A stretch of 64,000 nt of DNA from Mesotaenium endlicherianum (GCA_009602735.1 WELA01002777.1:89680-153679), one strand, 5' to 3'; positions 1-13,040 are shown, counted from the first letter of the stretch. Notes: generated by a model not told the origin, from the sequence alone. Numbers and translations are program-made.

Positions 1-634
1 CGGGGGGGGGAGGGGGGGAGGGGGGGAAGGGTATGTTTGTCTGTGTTGAGCACGCAAAGAGCATGCGTCTGCTTGTTCCTGTATCTAGATGTATATACTC
101 AAAATATATATGTGCATTTAAATATGCATACATGTGTGCATATATATGTATGTTTGTATGAAGTATGTAGAGTGTTTGATGAGTATGGGTGATATTTGAT
201 ACATGCATGCATATGCTGTACATGTTGCAAGTCAATATGCACCGCACTTGTGTGTCACCCCTGAGCTGCTGACTCCGCACGTGTCCCTTTGCACGTGTGT
301 GTGTGTAAATGTGCTTACTCAAACTTATGTGAACATATATAACAGTGATGACAATGCGTTAATTACACATTACGTGCTCATACTCAAAAATGTGTGAAAC
401 CTATACAACAGAAGATGCAATATGTTAAGACGTACTTCCTATTATGTGTCACGTAGTACGTATGACATATGTGCTTTGTATCATATTGAAACAATTAATC
501 TGGTAACAAAGTATGTGCCACTGCCGAGCCGGAGGAGGTGCAATGCGTTCACACGTCTTACAGGTGCTTCATATGTTGATTCTTCAATTAGTAAAAGTAA
601 ATATAAGAAAGCGTGTGTCACTGCCGAGCCGCAG

Positions 635-712
635 GAGGTGCACGTGGACGCCATGTCGGGCGCGCCCACCACTCACTCCATCGCTCACCTCCACCGCGGC
701 CTCAGCTGGGAG
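635..712 (+). CDS. FGT1: Strawberry notch / FORGETTER1 homologue, internal exon (EVHVDAMSGAPTTHSIAHLHRGLSWE); gene begins upstream of the window
   Basis: Flanked by cag acceptor and GTAAAA donor. The peptide resembles the plant FGT1 segment TVHVD.MSGA.T......DRG.TWE (from recall). Confidence 0.85.
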
Positions 713-1879
713 GTAAAACCCTAAATCACCTGCACCCTGCAGCCAAGACCCCAAATCCCTGCATTTGAAACCCTAGGCCCCTGCATCCAACCCTCTGTAT
801 CTGAAACCCTAAACGCTTGTACTTAAAACTCTAAGCTTCCTGCGAGTAACCTTGACCCTTGGATTGGACTCCTTGAAGCACACCCTCTGCCGTGTCTCAC
901 TCTCGCCCTCAGCCCGAGTCCTACTTAGGGTCCTCACCCCGGCCCAAAGGCCAGCTGGCAGACTTGATCGCTCCTCCCTTGAATTAAAATGTACCCTTGA
1001 AGCGAAATGCATGGCCTACATCAAAAAGCTCTCTCCGCCACAGACGCTAACCCCAATTCTGAATTAGAAACAAAGCCCAGCAGACTGCGAGTCCTCAATT
1101 TTTTACTTTCCCTCTGTGCCCTTCTCTTCTAGTCAGAGACGGCGGGCCTCCGTCCGAAAACCCAGCCCCAAAAAGCGTTTGCCGGTTTGGTTGCAATATT
1201 CTCCTCCGCTTTTAAGCCTCCCTCCTCCAAAAAGAGGGGAGGGACAAGTAGATTAAGATAATTCTGGGGAAAATTTCTCGTAAAGATTGCCGAGCTTGGA
1301 CGTCGGTATAAGATGGCATCTTCGTCTTTCTTCTTGTTGAGTTTTCGATGGTTGGATGGTAGATGCGCCTGTCTCAGAGCAAACCCTAATTTCCAAACCT
1401 AGACATTTGAAGTCCGGGAATTGCCCCTTGCATCAGTGCTCTAGGCCTCGCGATTGACGCCGTCCAGGTGTCGTCTCACAAGCTCGCCAACTGTCACTTC
1501 TTGAGGGTTGTCAGAGGGACCGGGTCCTGGGTTTGTGCTTTTAGGTTGTTATTTAGGTTGTTATTCTTATATTTCTGTGTATTCTTCCGACTTTTCTAAT
1601 CTCATTTGTGGTGGTGGTGTCTCTCCCGCACATTCTAATCTTTCCTCTGCAGCATCTGTGTCCCGTCGCTAGTCCATTATTCTTTCCCTTTCTTTTCTTT
1701 CCCTTTCTTTTTCTTTCTCTTCTCTTCTTTTCTCTTCCTTTCTTCTTCGGCGATCTCTTCCTAGTCTTCCCGCGTTGCTCTTGTCTTCTCTTCGTTCTGA
1801 TTTTTTATTATCACCATTTCTTGCAATTGCTTTGTTTCGCTGCGCTCTCCCCCGGGGCTAAACACGCGCTGGCATGCAG

Positions 1880-2037
1880 ACTGCTTTGGCCTTACGCAAC
1901 GGCGAGAGGAGCAGCAGCAATGGCACAGCTGGCGCTTCAGGAGAAACTGAGGCTGCACCCGAGGGGAGCGTGGGGGCCTTCCACATGTCGAGACGCGAGT
2001 GGCTCGGCCGCCGGCACTACATCCTGGCCGTACCCAA
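1880..2037 (+). CDS. FGT1: FGT1 homologue exon (TALALRNGE...GAFHMSRREWLGRRHYILAVP)
   Basis: tgcag acceptor and GTAAGT donor; phase 0 joins the previous exon. SRREWLGRRHYILA matches the FGT1 motif SKREWLGRRHFILA. This frame is absent from the ORF track. Confidence 0.85.
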
Positions 2038-2159
2038 GTAAGTAGTCTGAACAGGACCCTGCTATTCGCAGGACCATGTTGTATGTGCCTAACTGGGGGT
2101 TTATTGCATGCATGTGTAGGAGCGTGCGCTTGTGTGTCAGTGCATGCGTGCATACGTGC

Positions 2160-2202
2160 ATGTCTGCGTGCGTGCGTGTGTGTACGTGCGTGCGTGCGTG
2201 CG

Positions 2203-2252
<50 letters not shown>

Positions 2253-2290
2253 TGTGTGGGTGGGTGTGTGAGTGTGCGTGTGCGCGAGGG
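2160..2290. repeat. (GTGC)n/(GT)n microsatellite next to an assembly gap
   Basis: Directly visible. Confidence 0.9.
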
Positions 2291-3911
2291 GNNNNNNNNN
2301 NNNNNNNNNNNNNNNNNNNNNNNNNNNNNNNNNNNNNNNNNNNNNNNNNNNNNNNNNNNNNNNNNNNNNNNNNNNNNNNNNNNNNNNNNNNNNNNNNNNN
2401 NNNNNNNNNNNNNNNNNNNNNNNNNNNNNNNNNNNNNNNNNNNNNNNNNNNNNNNNNNNNNNNNNNNNNNNNNNNNNNNNNNNNNNNNNNNNNNNNNNNN
2501 NNNNNNNNNNNNNNNNNNNNNNNNNNNNNNNNNNNNNNNNNNNNNNNNNNNNNNNNNNNNNNNNNNNNNNNNNNNNNNNNNNNNNNNNNNNNNNNNNNNN
2601 NNNNNNNNNNNNNNNNNNNNNNNNNNNNNNNNNNNNNNNNNNNNNNNNNNNNNNNNNNNNNNNNNNNNNNNNNNNNNNNNNNNNNNNNNNNNNNNNNNNN
2701 NNNNNNNNNNNNNNNNNNNNNNNNNNNNNNNNNNNNNNNNNNNNNNNNNNNNNNNNNNNNNNNNNNNNNNNNNNNNNNNNNNNNNNNNNNNNNNNNNNNN
2801 NNNNNNNNNNNNNNNNNNNNNNNNNNNNNNNNNNNNNNNNNNNNNNNNNNNNNNNNNNNNNNNNNNNNNNNNNNNNNNNNNNNNNNNNNNNNNNNNNNNN
2901 NNNNNNNNNNNNNNNNNNNNNNNNNNNNNNNNNNNNNNNNNNNNNNNNNNNNNNNNNNNNNNNNNNNNNNNNNNNNNNNNNNNNNNNNNNNNNNNNNNNN
3001 NNNNNNNNNNNNNNNCCCCCCTTGCCCCCGCCCCTGCCACTGCCCCCGCCTTTGCCTCTCATCGCTGCCACCCTCCCTCTCCGAAGAAAACCTGGTGGCG
3101 ACACAGGGGCGTCAGTCATTGCGGCCCACTCTCCTCTGCGACATTCTTCTCCGCTTTTGTGACATTCGGTGGTACTCAGCACTGAGCTTGCGCGACAGCG
3201 CTGTCGACTTCGGGCTTGATTGAAGCGCGGTGAAGGCGTACCACTCGCTACTCTGTTCCGAGCAATGGCGGCTTATGTAGTCTCAATTGCCGCCCCATGC
3301 ACCGGGGGGTGCCACTGGATGAGTTGGATGCGACTTTCTCCATACAGATTTGAATATATGCCTCATGTATGTTCAGAACATATACATATATTTATATAAA
3401 TGTATATCCACATGGGTGTGACATATACATGTATACGTACATATATGTACACATACACATGTATACAAATATATATACATCTATATATACATCTCTATAA
3501 ATATGTATATTTACATGTATATCATGTATATATCATTTCTGTACATGCAAGCGCTAGCCTCTTGCATTAAACATAACCCACAGGCGGTGCGCAGGGAGAT
3601 GTTGCAAAATAAGCTGGACGCAAAATACACACATCTGTGAAATTATATGTATGTGTGTATGTGTAATTTAAAATTTATTTATGTATTTATGTATGTGTAT
3701 ATATGTTCATGTATAAGCTCTGACCTCCCATATGATGTTTTCTCCTTGGAAGTGAGCAGGGAGATGCCGCATATTGAGCTGGCCGCCATAGTAAAAATAT
3801 GTGCACATATATTATACAAGAGAAATATATATACATATACATATACATACATATACATACATATGTATCTTACCTCTCGTAGAATGTTCTGGATGGACGA
3901 GCGGAGCGCAG

Positions 3912-4014
3912 GGAGATGCCGCAGGACGAGCTGGCGGCGAAATACGAGGAGTGCAAATCGGACGAAATCGCGCGCAAGGGGTGGTGCGCCGAATTCGACG
4001 ACTCGGCCGACCAG
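3912..4014 (+). CDS. FGT1: FGT1 homologue exon (REMPQDELAAKYEECKSDEIARKGWCAEFDDSADQ)
   Basis: gcag acceptor (an in-frame alternative AG lies at 3882) and GTGTGC donor. Matches FGT1 REM.L.EL..KY......AR.GW..E...S..Q. One short expected exon before it is not visible and probably lies in the N-gap. Confidence 0.8.
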
Positions 4015-4638
4015 GTGTGCATGCATGCCCGCGCCTGGAGGAGCCATGTCGCAATTGGAGCTGTCATGTGGAATCAAGAGGCACCACATGTGGCGTCAGG
4101 CCGTGCCACGTGGCATCGCCAGATTTGGCGTGTCGGCTTGCTGGCTTCACTCTCACACTGTCTGATTTTTTTTATCGTTTTCACCTTTTTTTATTGTGAT
4201 TCTTTTCCTCGTCTGCCTCAATCCTGTCTGCTCAACTGGTGGGCCACTATTTTTAGTGTAAATTGCGCACAAATGCTCGCTGGTCGATGAAACTTGCCAT
4301 TTCTCCGCTCTTGGAGTTACGGGTCAAAGGATGACACGTCTGAACGATGCAAAGAGTGTATATCTCTCTACAGGTGCGCGTATTGTGTAGACTGCGTGCC
4401 ACACAAGAACATATATGCATGCACGGGATACTTTGGGGATAAACTATAGAAAGTGTACCTACACATATATACACACATGCACACATGCAGACACATGTAT
4501 GGACATAGGTATGACTAGAAAGGATCTATATTTTTATATTGCCCCTTGTATTTCAGTGCTCTCAATATATTCAGAGCCCTATTTACGCTCTCGACGGTGG
4601 GGCTGAACGTCCATGTGTCATCTTCTGGTGGCGTGCAG

Positions 4639-4767
4639 TGCATGCACGGCGCCAAGTGTAAGGTGGGGCCCGCATGTACAGTTGGCAAGCGCGTGCTGAC
4701 TGTGCACATCATCGGCGGGCTCGTGTTTCCCATCTGGCCCACACTCGAGCAAGCACTCGCAAAGCAG
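4639..4767 (+). CDS. FGT1: FGT1 homologue exon (CMHGAKCKVGPACTVGKRVLTVHIIGGLVFPIWPTLEQALAKQ)
   Basis: tgcag acceptor, GTGCCC donor, 43 codons. Strong match to FGT1 CMHGPKCK.G..CTVGRR..EV.V.GGLI.PIW.TIEKAL.KQ. Confidence 0.9.
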
Positions 4768-5529
4768 GTGCCCGCGATTCTTTTGTCCATTCCCTCAATT
4801 TCCTGCTGCCCTCTTGGGACGGGTGTCTTCATCATTTCTTTTCTCTCTTTTTTTGAAAAACAAAAATCTTTTTTAGCATACAGCTTGAGCTGAACGTCTT
4901 TTTATGTGCGACCAGCTAAGCAGTCCGGTGCATATGAGGAAAAGACTGTAGTCTTTTTTTCCGGGTTTGTTTGTTTGTCGCTGAAGGAAGGTCCCAGCCA
5001 CAAGGAAGAGAGGGGCGAGAGCGTGAGCATGCCTGAGCATGAAAGCCTCTGAATCTGATCTTCTCTTCCGCTGCACCTGTCTTTGTGTTCTGCTCTGTAA
5101 GAGATGCCGATGTCTCAAACCTTAAACTTTAAACTTTAGGCAACCTTTAATAGCCGGCGCGAGAAAAGGGGAATGCATGATCTTGCCGCACGGAGAGGGC
5201 ATTGTCTCTTCCTTGGAGAGTACACCAGACGAGGAAGGCGCAACGAGGTAAAAAAGAAAAGACGTGAGTGTATGAGAGACGTCGAAGCCATGCACACGCG
5301 CCATGCCAATATCGGAGGAAAGTTAACATAATGAGATGTTTCAGCTACATGTATTCCTCACTAGACAGCTTAAGAGGCGAATGAAATAGAGAGGCGAATG
5401 AAACACAGTCGGTCTCTTTTCGTATGCATACGAGCGAGACAAAAGACAGCGGAAAAGACACAATTGCTCCCGAGTGCTCACATTTCATCGGGACACCTGG
5501 CGGCGGCGGCGTGGCACGCGCTCGTGCAG

Positions 5530-5638
5530 GAGAGGCTGGCACACCGCAAGCTGAGGGTCGTGCGCTTGGAGGCGTCAGACGGGCGGCGCATCGTGGGCGT
5601 CCACGTGCCCAATCCCGCCATCGCCGCCGTCCTCGCCG
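5530..5638 (+). CDS. FGT1: FGT1 homologue penultimate exon (ERLAHRKLRVVRLEASDGRRIVGVHVPNPAIAAVLA); if unspliced it reads to TGA at 5679
   Basis: tgcag acceptor. Matches FGT1 R..H.R.RV.R.ET..D..RIVG...PN.A...VL. Candidate GTGGGC donor at 5639. Confidence 0.85.
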
Positions 5639-6832
5639 GTGGGCTAGCTGACGGGCCCCACCGTCAGATCGTTGGATGAAAACTCTTGCATGCATGTCCC
5701 CCGGGCCTGAGGCGGGATGCGAGAGGCCGGGGGCTTCAGTACTCATGCACGTGTATTATCCATGTGATCATTGGTGCACACGTACTTGCACTTGCTCACG
5801 GGCTCCTGTGCGTGCATAGATTGTGTGCACGTGTGCATACTCGTGGGTACGCTCTTCATGTATGTGTGCGTGTCTGTGTCTGTACGCGCGCAAGTACGCG
5901 TGGGTCGGGCGTGAGAGCGTGAGCGTGAGGAGGGACACTCACGAAGTCCGCACACAGGGCACACACATTGCATATATGCGCCTGCGTGGGAGGGTGCATG
6001 CATGTCTGCAAGAAAGGGCGAGCGTGATCCACACCGTCTTCGTCCTCGCTCTCAGTAGATGACAGGTGTCACACATGTGCGCGCCCTGATGTGCTATGAC
6101 AAGCATACAAGCAGCAGCCAGGACCCCAATGCACCGTTGATCTCTGGGGTTCAGCTCAAGGGTTGATGGGGATTGACTGAGGCATTCGCTTGCTTGCCTC
6201 ATGGGAAGGATAAAATTCAAATATAGTGTCCGCCAGTGTCAGCCCATCACTCGTCAGTGCTGGCTCCTTGCACCTCAAACCTCACACCCGAAACCCGTGA
6301 CCCTTGATTCTGAACCCTAATTCCGACGTCATTTCCGCCTCTCCTGGGCCACTACCGAGGAGTCCCTACGCCCCTTGAATGCTTGATTGTGTCCTAAATC
6401 TTTCACATTGATCATAAAGTTGTGCATTAGCATTAGCATGTGTGTGCGCGTGTGTGTATGTGGGGGGGGTGTGTGGGGGTGTGTGTGTGTGTGTTTTGGG
6501 GTGGGGGGGGGGGCATGTGTGTGTGTGTGTGTGTGCGCGCGCGCGCGCGCGTGTGGGTGCAGGTATGTCTGGTTAGAAAAGGCAAGGCCCTCCATCAAAT
6601 GGCAAATCTGTGGCAATCTGTCGTGCATCTAGGCGATGGGCATGAAAGACGGGTCTTCGATGTCGACTGCATATAAGTGTGATTGTTTACGCCTCCTTGA
6701 GTATGTGTGGGCTTTGGCGAGTGTGAATCCCGTGAGTTTACTCCTAATTACATCACGTGGCAGCGGACTAGATACGCATCACATGACGTCCGTGGACGCA
6801 AGCACATGAGCGGACCAGATTCATTCTCAAGC

Positions 6833-6900
6833 ATTGTACCTTTGTACCTGTGTACTTTTGTACCTTCGTACCTTTGTACCTCTGTACCTTTGTACTTTTT
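6833..6900 (+). repeat. Degenerate 8-bp tandem repeat (TTTGTACC), about 8 units
   Basis: attgtacc tttgtacc tgtgtact tttgtacc ttcgtacc tttgtacc tctgtacc tttgtact. Confidence 0.85.
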
Positions 6901-6916
6901 GCCGTGAACGTGGCAG

Positions 6917-6981
6917 GTCTGGAGAAGCTGAGGCAAGAGGACGAGGCGAACACGAGCCAGGCAGCACTCGCTCCGCCCTAG
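6917..6981 (+). CDS. FGT1: Probable last exon of the FGT1 homologue ((G)LEKLRQEDEANTSQAALAPP*)
   Basis: ggcag acceptor after a pyrimidine-rich repeat. The phase-1 join to the 5639 donor is in frame and gives an acidic tail like the FGT1 C-terminus. Confidence 0.55.
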
Positions 6982-8199
6982 CTCTTGCACACGAGCACAC
7001 CTGAGTGACACCTGTCCCCATACTTTTCAAATTTGTGTTCCCTGCTATCCGACACGTGGCTCCTCCAGGGGGCGTTCCTGACGATCTCGCCCCCCATACC
7101 AACGTGCTAATTTTTTTTCATCATCGCGCATGCGTAGGCTCTTTAGGTAGTCATGGTTGAGTCCAAGAATCGGAGGTTGGGGTCTGGCTCTAGACTTTGG
7201 GGCCATGTGGACAAGTAGAAGCTTGCCAGCTACGCAAGTGTTGGGAGTCTGGTGATGTCAGGACTCAGCAGCATGAACGTTGTCATCCAATGATGTCCGT
7301 TGTCGGAGGACACCGCACCCCCTGGATGGCAAGGGAAGAGCCTGGGGAAGAGCAAGCGGGCAAGCTGCGAGAGTTTGTCGTGGGACGCTTGTGAGGAGCC
7401 AGTGCAGGAGGGGGGGACATAGCTGAATCTTGATTGTATGCATTGGTCCATATGATCATAGTGAGCACATGGCGCACTCGACAAGTTTGATCAATCTGCT
7501 GCATCGATTGTAAGACGCTTGCTTTCGTCGATGCAGTTTGACGATGGCGACGAATAGTTTGTTGTCATTGATTTGGATTGGTGTATTGCAAAGGGACGAT
7601 GATGTTCAAGAGCAATCACATTTTGGTTGAGCTTGTGACAAACATGAACATGGGAGGCAATCGTAAATCAAGACTCCAATGGAAAGATTCATGTGAATGA
7701 TTCAACAGTACATAACAACGGAGTTGGGATGGTTCACCATAAAAAAGTCCACAGATAATTGGAATGATTGGCATGTCTTCGAGTAAGTGCAATTGAGTCA
7801 CAAATAGAAGTAAGGTGCCTTTGTACTATATCATTGTGTTTGCAGCAAGGACATTAATATTGACGATGACGATGCTCTCAACAGGTGCCCTCCTATACCT
7901 GAGACTAGTCCACTAGCGCGGCCTAATCGCAAAAAGCATATCTAGGCCATCAATCTTGTTCCTTGTCGAGGAAATTAACATCTTATTCTGCTCGTTCTGA
8001 ACGTGTAGTCACTCAAAGGGTGCCTTGTTGCCCATATGTTGTTCTCCAAGAAGAATCGTGAGGGGGAGGTTTAATGGTACGCGTAAGAGTTGGTGAAACC
8101 GCATCTTTAGGTTTTGCTCGCTTGAAGGCGACAAGCCAACGCTTGTGTTCACGTTTGTGTTCCGTGTCCACATCCATGTTCGACAGGATCCCGGCTCAA

Positions 8200-9280
8200 A
8201 CTTTCAACGCCGACGTGAGTGTTAACCTCGCTGATGCTCCCTGGCTCATGGCTCTTGAGGCTCTGTTGACGACGTTCAATCTTACAAGTGCGTACAAGTG
8301 TCCGACTGTGAAGAAGCATGGCATGCAGGAAGCTGGAAGAGTCATGGTTATGAGAGACACAATTGTCACAAGTGTCAGATGTAGCACACCTCAGGAGAGA
8401 CAAGCGTTCACAGTGAGTAATCGTCGACAAGCATCAGCCATGGTGCGCAACGTTGCGTCCGGAGATGCATCTTGCAAATGCCGTCATGCAAGTGCACTAA
8501 AAGTGCCTCCTGGAAGGCGCTTTGGAGACACTTCTATGTCGAACAGGAGCGAAGAGAAACGTAATCCAGGGCGAATAATCGTACGAGAAGTCCATTTGAG
8601 CACCAAGGCGTGCGCTTGAAGGGCAAAAGTATAAGCCGCTTGACATATTAAACGTTGCCAGCATTGGGCACTGCTCAAGACTGCCAGCAGTTAATATCAG
8701 TTTCTTTGATTTCCGGGGACTGGTGTTCGATATCTTTTCAAGGTATCAGCGCCATTCCTTCTGGTCGTTGGCCTCTGCTTCTTGACTGTTTCTGCTCCTC
8801 GACTGTTTCTCAACTTTCACTTCACGTCGATTCTTGTGTCTAAAGGTTGCTGCTGTGAGGAGAGAGCGTCAAGAGCTCAAGGGCATCCTTAAGCGGGAGT
8901 TATCACAACCTCTTATTATACAAGTGCCAAGTGAAGACTTAGATTGTGTGGTGGTTTTGAGCTGATTTCAGTTGTTCATATTACTCCTGGGCCTGTTTGA
9001 GAGATAGGGCATGGGGTTCCCCAAGAAGTCCGTATTTGTAGATCGTATGGTCTTCTAAAATGACAGTACTAGCACACAATACGCGCATTTGAGACGCCAT
9101 ACTCGACAAGTGCAACATTTTTGTATTTTTCAGCCTGCGTGTTAATGGGGCTTGCTCTGACCAGGGGAGAGTATTCAGATCTTTACGATTCACAATTATG
9201 TCCACAAAGATCCCGTCAGCTAGCGTTGACAGCTCATGTGCAGCTTTTTCTTTTGTTCTTGAGCCTTCGTAACAATGCCG
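8200..9280 (+). pseudogene. Heavily decayed KDZ (Kyakuja-Dileera-Zisupton)-like transposase relic
   Basis: Motif fragments occur in the expected order across frameshifts: AYKCPT, DFSCSYYSWACLRD (8964), FVDR (9035), VNGACSDQG (9141), HVQLFLLFLSLRN. These recall KDZ F.CP.C, YDFAC...YC..RE, VDRFH and NS..EQ.N. Recognition from memory only. Confidence 0.35.
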
Positions 9281-10540
9281 CCCTGTGCATGTTTGTATGG
9301 AGGAAAATGTGTCTCACGGTACATGCATTCTGACACTTCAGTTTTCCTTCTATCACTATGCGCACTCATTGAGTGCATCTCATTCCTTTCTTTTGAAATG
9401 AACTCAAATTGTCGTGCGGGCATTACACTATACTTGGCCCGATGCACAATATCCCGTCTCACTCAGGCACTCTTACATGTACACTGCTGCTTTAGGGTTA
9501 TGCAGTGCATGCACCTCTGAGCACCTCTGTGCCTGCGGCTGGCTGCATGCGCCTCCACCCTGGGACTTCAACAAGCAGGCTGCCTCCAGGGTTGGACTAT
9601 ATCATGTCCACATCAGTCGCCCATCAGTCGCACAATCTCCCTCTCGTATAAATCATGCACTCCTGGCGTATGCAGCAGCTGCTCCGACAGCTGCCATGCC
9701 TTTAAAACTCTGGGCATCTGCTCTGTGCATGCATGTGATAGGAGCAAGCACGAGCTGTCCAGCTGTGCATGCACATGTGGCACACTTGGTGACTCATCTG
9801 GCATGCATGCACTCCAGAGGTGTGCGGGGATGCAAAACTTTGTATCGTCTCTGCACTCACTGGCTGGCCGGTCAGCGGCTTCCAGCACTCGATGAGTCAC
9901 CCCTGGCTCCCCCACTTTTACGTCTAGTTGTCCCCTTAATGACTGCTCTCATCACGTTTCTCATTTTCGAGATGCTCTTCATGTGTCTGCATGTGTGCGC
10001 GTGTGCCTGTGTCTCTGTGTGCCTGCGTGTGTGTGTGTGTGCCTGCGTGTGTGTGCTTGCCTGCGTGTGTGCGCCTGCATGTGTGCGTGTGTTTCCGGTC
10101 ACAGGTAGCTCCCAGAGCAGACAGGTGCTCAAAGTTGTGTGAATCAGAGGATCTTGAAGAGATCATAGAGGATCTACAAGGGACACATGGCAAGCAGGGA
10201 TGAGTCGGGGAGGCTGAAGGCAGCCAGGTCGGCCAATGGTGGCGCCCTGCGAGGCCGCCACGTGGGAGCTGCCCTCGCGATTGGTGCAGGTTGGCTGCGC
10301 GCTGAACTGCCCTCATCTGTGCCAGTGTGCCAAGTGTGCCCTCATGCTCTCTACGCATGCCCAGCTCAGATAGATACGCCGGCTTGCCTAATCTTCACGT
10401 AATCCATTTGGCCAGATTCTTTTTGCCGAGTGCAGTAACCAGTGACTGTCTAACGCTTGCGGGAAAATGGTGGGGACAAATTGGTTATTGCACGTATGTG
10501 CAATGAGGCACAGGCTCAATACATATCGAACGTGCGCGAG

Positions 10541-10542
<2 letters not shown>

Positions 10543-10626
<84 letters not shown>

Positions 10627-10628
10627 TC
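10543..10628. repeat. (GT)n microsatellite
   Basis: Directly visible. Confidence 0.95.
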
Positions 10629-12739
10629 TGTGCGTGGGTGGGTGGGTGGTGCCTGTAGTGTACCTTGCCACGTACATACTTACATTGCATGTGAACAAAC
10701 ATGCACGCACGTATCTAGGATACACATGTACGGTTCTTCTCGTATACATGTAAAGTACTTGTCATGTAAGGTAACATATATACATACACACATCACTACA
10801 TACATTGTGCGATGTCAGATGTTCTCAATGAATGACTTGGTATGACAAGCATCGGGTTCGCATCCCGTGCCTCAGGAGCAAGGTACGCGAAGACCATCGC
10901 ACGCTTCCCCATCGGTCTTTACCCTCCGTCTCTACCTTTGGAAACTTACACGACTGTGTTCCGTTTGACGGCCTGCAGTTTCACATTTGGCCTCTTGCCA
11001 CCTGGCTGCTGCTGCTCCTCTCTCAAGGAGCAAGAGCAAGCAGATTCTGCTATTCAAGTTCAAGATCCTTCTATCTGGACCAGGGAAACGCACGCGTGTA
11101 CAGGGGCAGCAGGCACAGGCTAGCGGGACAAGGCACTTATATGCAGCCTGTATGTTATGTGGAGGAGGTACATGAGGCGAGAAGAGGGAGCTGTGGGACA
11201 GGAGGGCAGGGGAAGGGGGGNNNNNNNNNNNNNNNNNNNNNNNNNNNNNNNNNNNNNNNNNNNNNNNNNNNNNNNNNNNNNNNNNNNNNNNNNNNNNNNN
11301 NNNNNNNNNNNNNNNNNNNNNNNNNNNNNNNNNNNNNNNNNNNNNNNNNNNNNNNNNNNNNNNNNNNNNNNNNNNNNNNNNNNNNNNNNNNNNNNNNNNN
11401 NNNNNNNNNNNNNNNNNNNNNNNNNNNNNNNNNNNNNNNNNNNNNNNNNNGGGGGGGGGGGTTGTCTCTGTGCAAAGTGCAGAAATCGAGCGCTGGTCTT
11501 TCTCCAGAGGATTGTTCTTGTTTGGGAAGGGAGGCGTGGTGTGCGCTGGTTGTCTTGTGCATGTGTCTTGAGTTCCGGGGCGATCGCAGCGCGACACCTG
11601 CCATACTAGCATTGGTCGTGGCAAGAGATGCCTTCCTCTGGCCGGCACGCTTGCTGCTGTCGGGTCCGCCACCTTTGTCCGTCCTGGCATGGCTTTCTCG
11701 TCGCGGCCGATAAGGTTGTTGTTCTTAGACTCTGCTTCGATTGCCACGCAAACCTCCGTTTGCAGGTCTTTGATTTTTCAGCACTCTTGTCCTTTCACCG
11801 TAAGTTTCAATGTCTGCTCCCCACCGGTTCCGATACACCCCTCCCCTCCCCTTCTCCTCCCCNNNNNNNNNNNNNNNNNNNNNNNNNNNNNNNNNNNNNN
11901 NNNNNNNNNNNNNNNNNNNNNNNNNNNNNNNNNNNNNNNNNNNNNNNNNNNNNNNNNNNNNNNNNNNNNNNNNNNNNNNNNNNNNNNNNNNNNNNNNNNN
12001 NNNNNNNNNNNNNNNNNNNNNNNNNNNNNNNNNNNNNNNNNNNNNNNNNNNNNNNNNNNNNNNNNNNNNNNNNNNNNNNNNNNNNNNNNNNNNNNNNNNN
12101 NNNNNNNNNNNNNNNNNNNNNNNNNNNNNNNNNNNNNNNNNNNNNNNNNNNNNNNNNNNNNNNNNNNNNNNNNNNNNNNNNNNNNNNNNNNNNNNNNNNN
12201 NNNNNNNNNNNNNNNNNNNNNNNNNNNNNNNNNNNNNNNNNNNNNNNNNNNNNNNNNNNNNNNNNNNNNNNNNNNNNNNNNNNNNNNNNNNNNNNNNNNN
12301 NNNNNNNNNNNNNNNNNNNNNNNNNNNNNNNNNNNNNNNNNNNNNNNNNNNNNNNNNNNNNNNNNNNNNNNNNNNNNNNNNNNNNNNNNNNNNNNNNNNN
12401 NNNNNNNNNNNNNNNNNNNNNNNNNNNNNNNNNNNNNNNNNNNNNNNNNNNNNNNNNNNNNNNNNNNNNNNNNNNNNNNNNNNNNNNNNNNNNNNNNNNN
12501 NNNNNNNNNNNNNNNNNNNNNNNNNNNNNNNNNNNNNNNNNNNNNNNNNNNNNNNNNNNNNNNNNNNNNNNNNNNNNNNNNNNNNNNNNNCCCGCGGCCA
12601 CCCCCGGCCCCCCTTGCGGGCCTGTCTTTGCCTCCCCCCCTTTCTCAAATTCTTAAGACTTCTAACTCTCCCCTCGCCCAAAGCTGTATGCCCTCACCTT
12701 TTTTCACACACTAGCGGAGCCCCTGATGCGTCACTTTTC

Positions 12740-12780
<41 letters not shown>

Positions 12781-12804
12781 TGTGACATATGTCGCAACTC
12801 GCAG

Positions 12805-13040
12805 GCCTCGGCCTCGTCGTGTACACCATGCGCAACTTTGACTCAAACTACCAGGGGAAGGGGGGGCTGCCCATGGTGCCCGAGAAAGGCGACGGGAGCA
12901 TTCAGCCCCACCCGCCGGGCGACACGGATAGCGTCAAACCAGCCCCTAGCAAGAAGTCGGACACTGTGCAGAAGCTGAACGACGCGACGCAGCCGATGAC
13001 AGGTGGCAGCGGAGGGGGGGCACCCTCCCGCTCAAGTTAG
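12805..13040 (+). CDS. Probable terminal exon of an unidentified gene (LGLVVYTMRNFDSNYQGKGGLPMVPEK...GGGAPSRSS*)
   Basis: cgcag acceptor after a (GT)n tract, GC3-rich codons like the FGT1 exons, TAG followed by T-rich sequence. Upstream exons may lie in the N-gaps. Confidence 0.55.

Noticed and set aside
1761..3223. Long ORFs spanning N-runs (also 10832-12841)
   Set aside because: Artefacts of assembly gaps and (GT)n or G-runs lacking stop codons.
10105..10240. Possible exon (VAPRADRCSKLCESEDLEEIIEDL)
   Set aside because: An acceptor is present but the frame closes quickly and no family or partner exon is recognisable.
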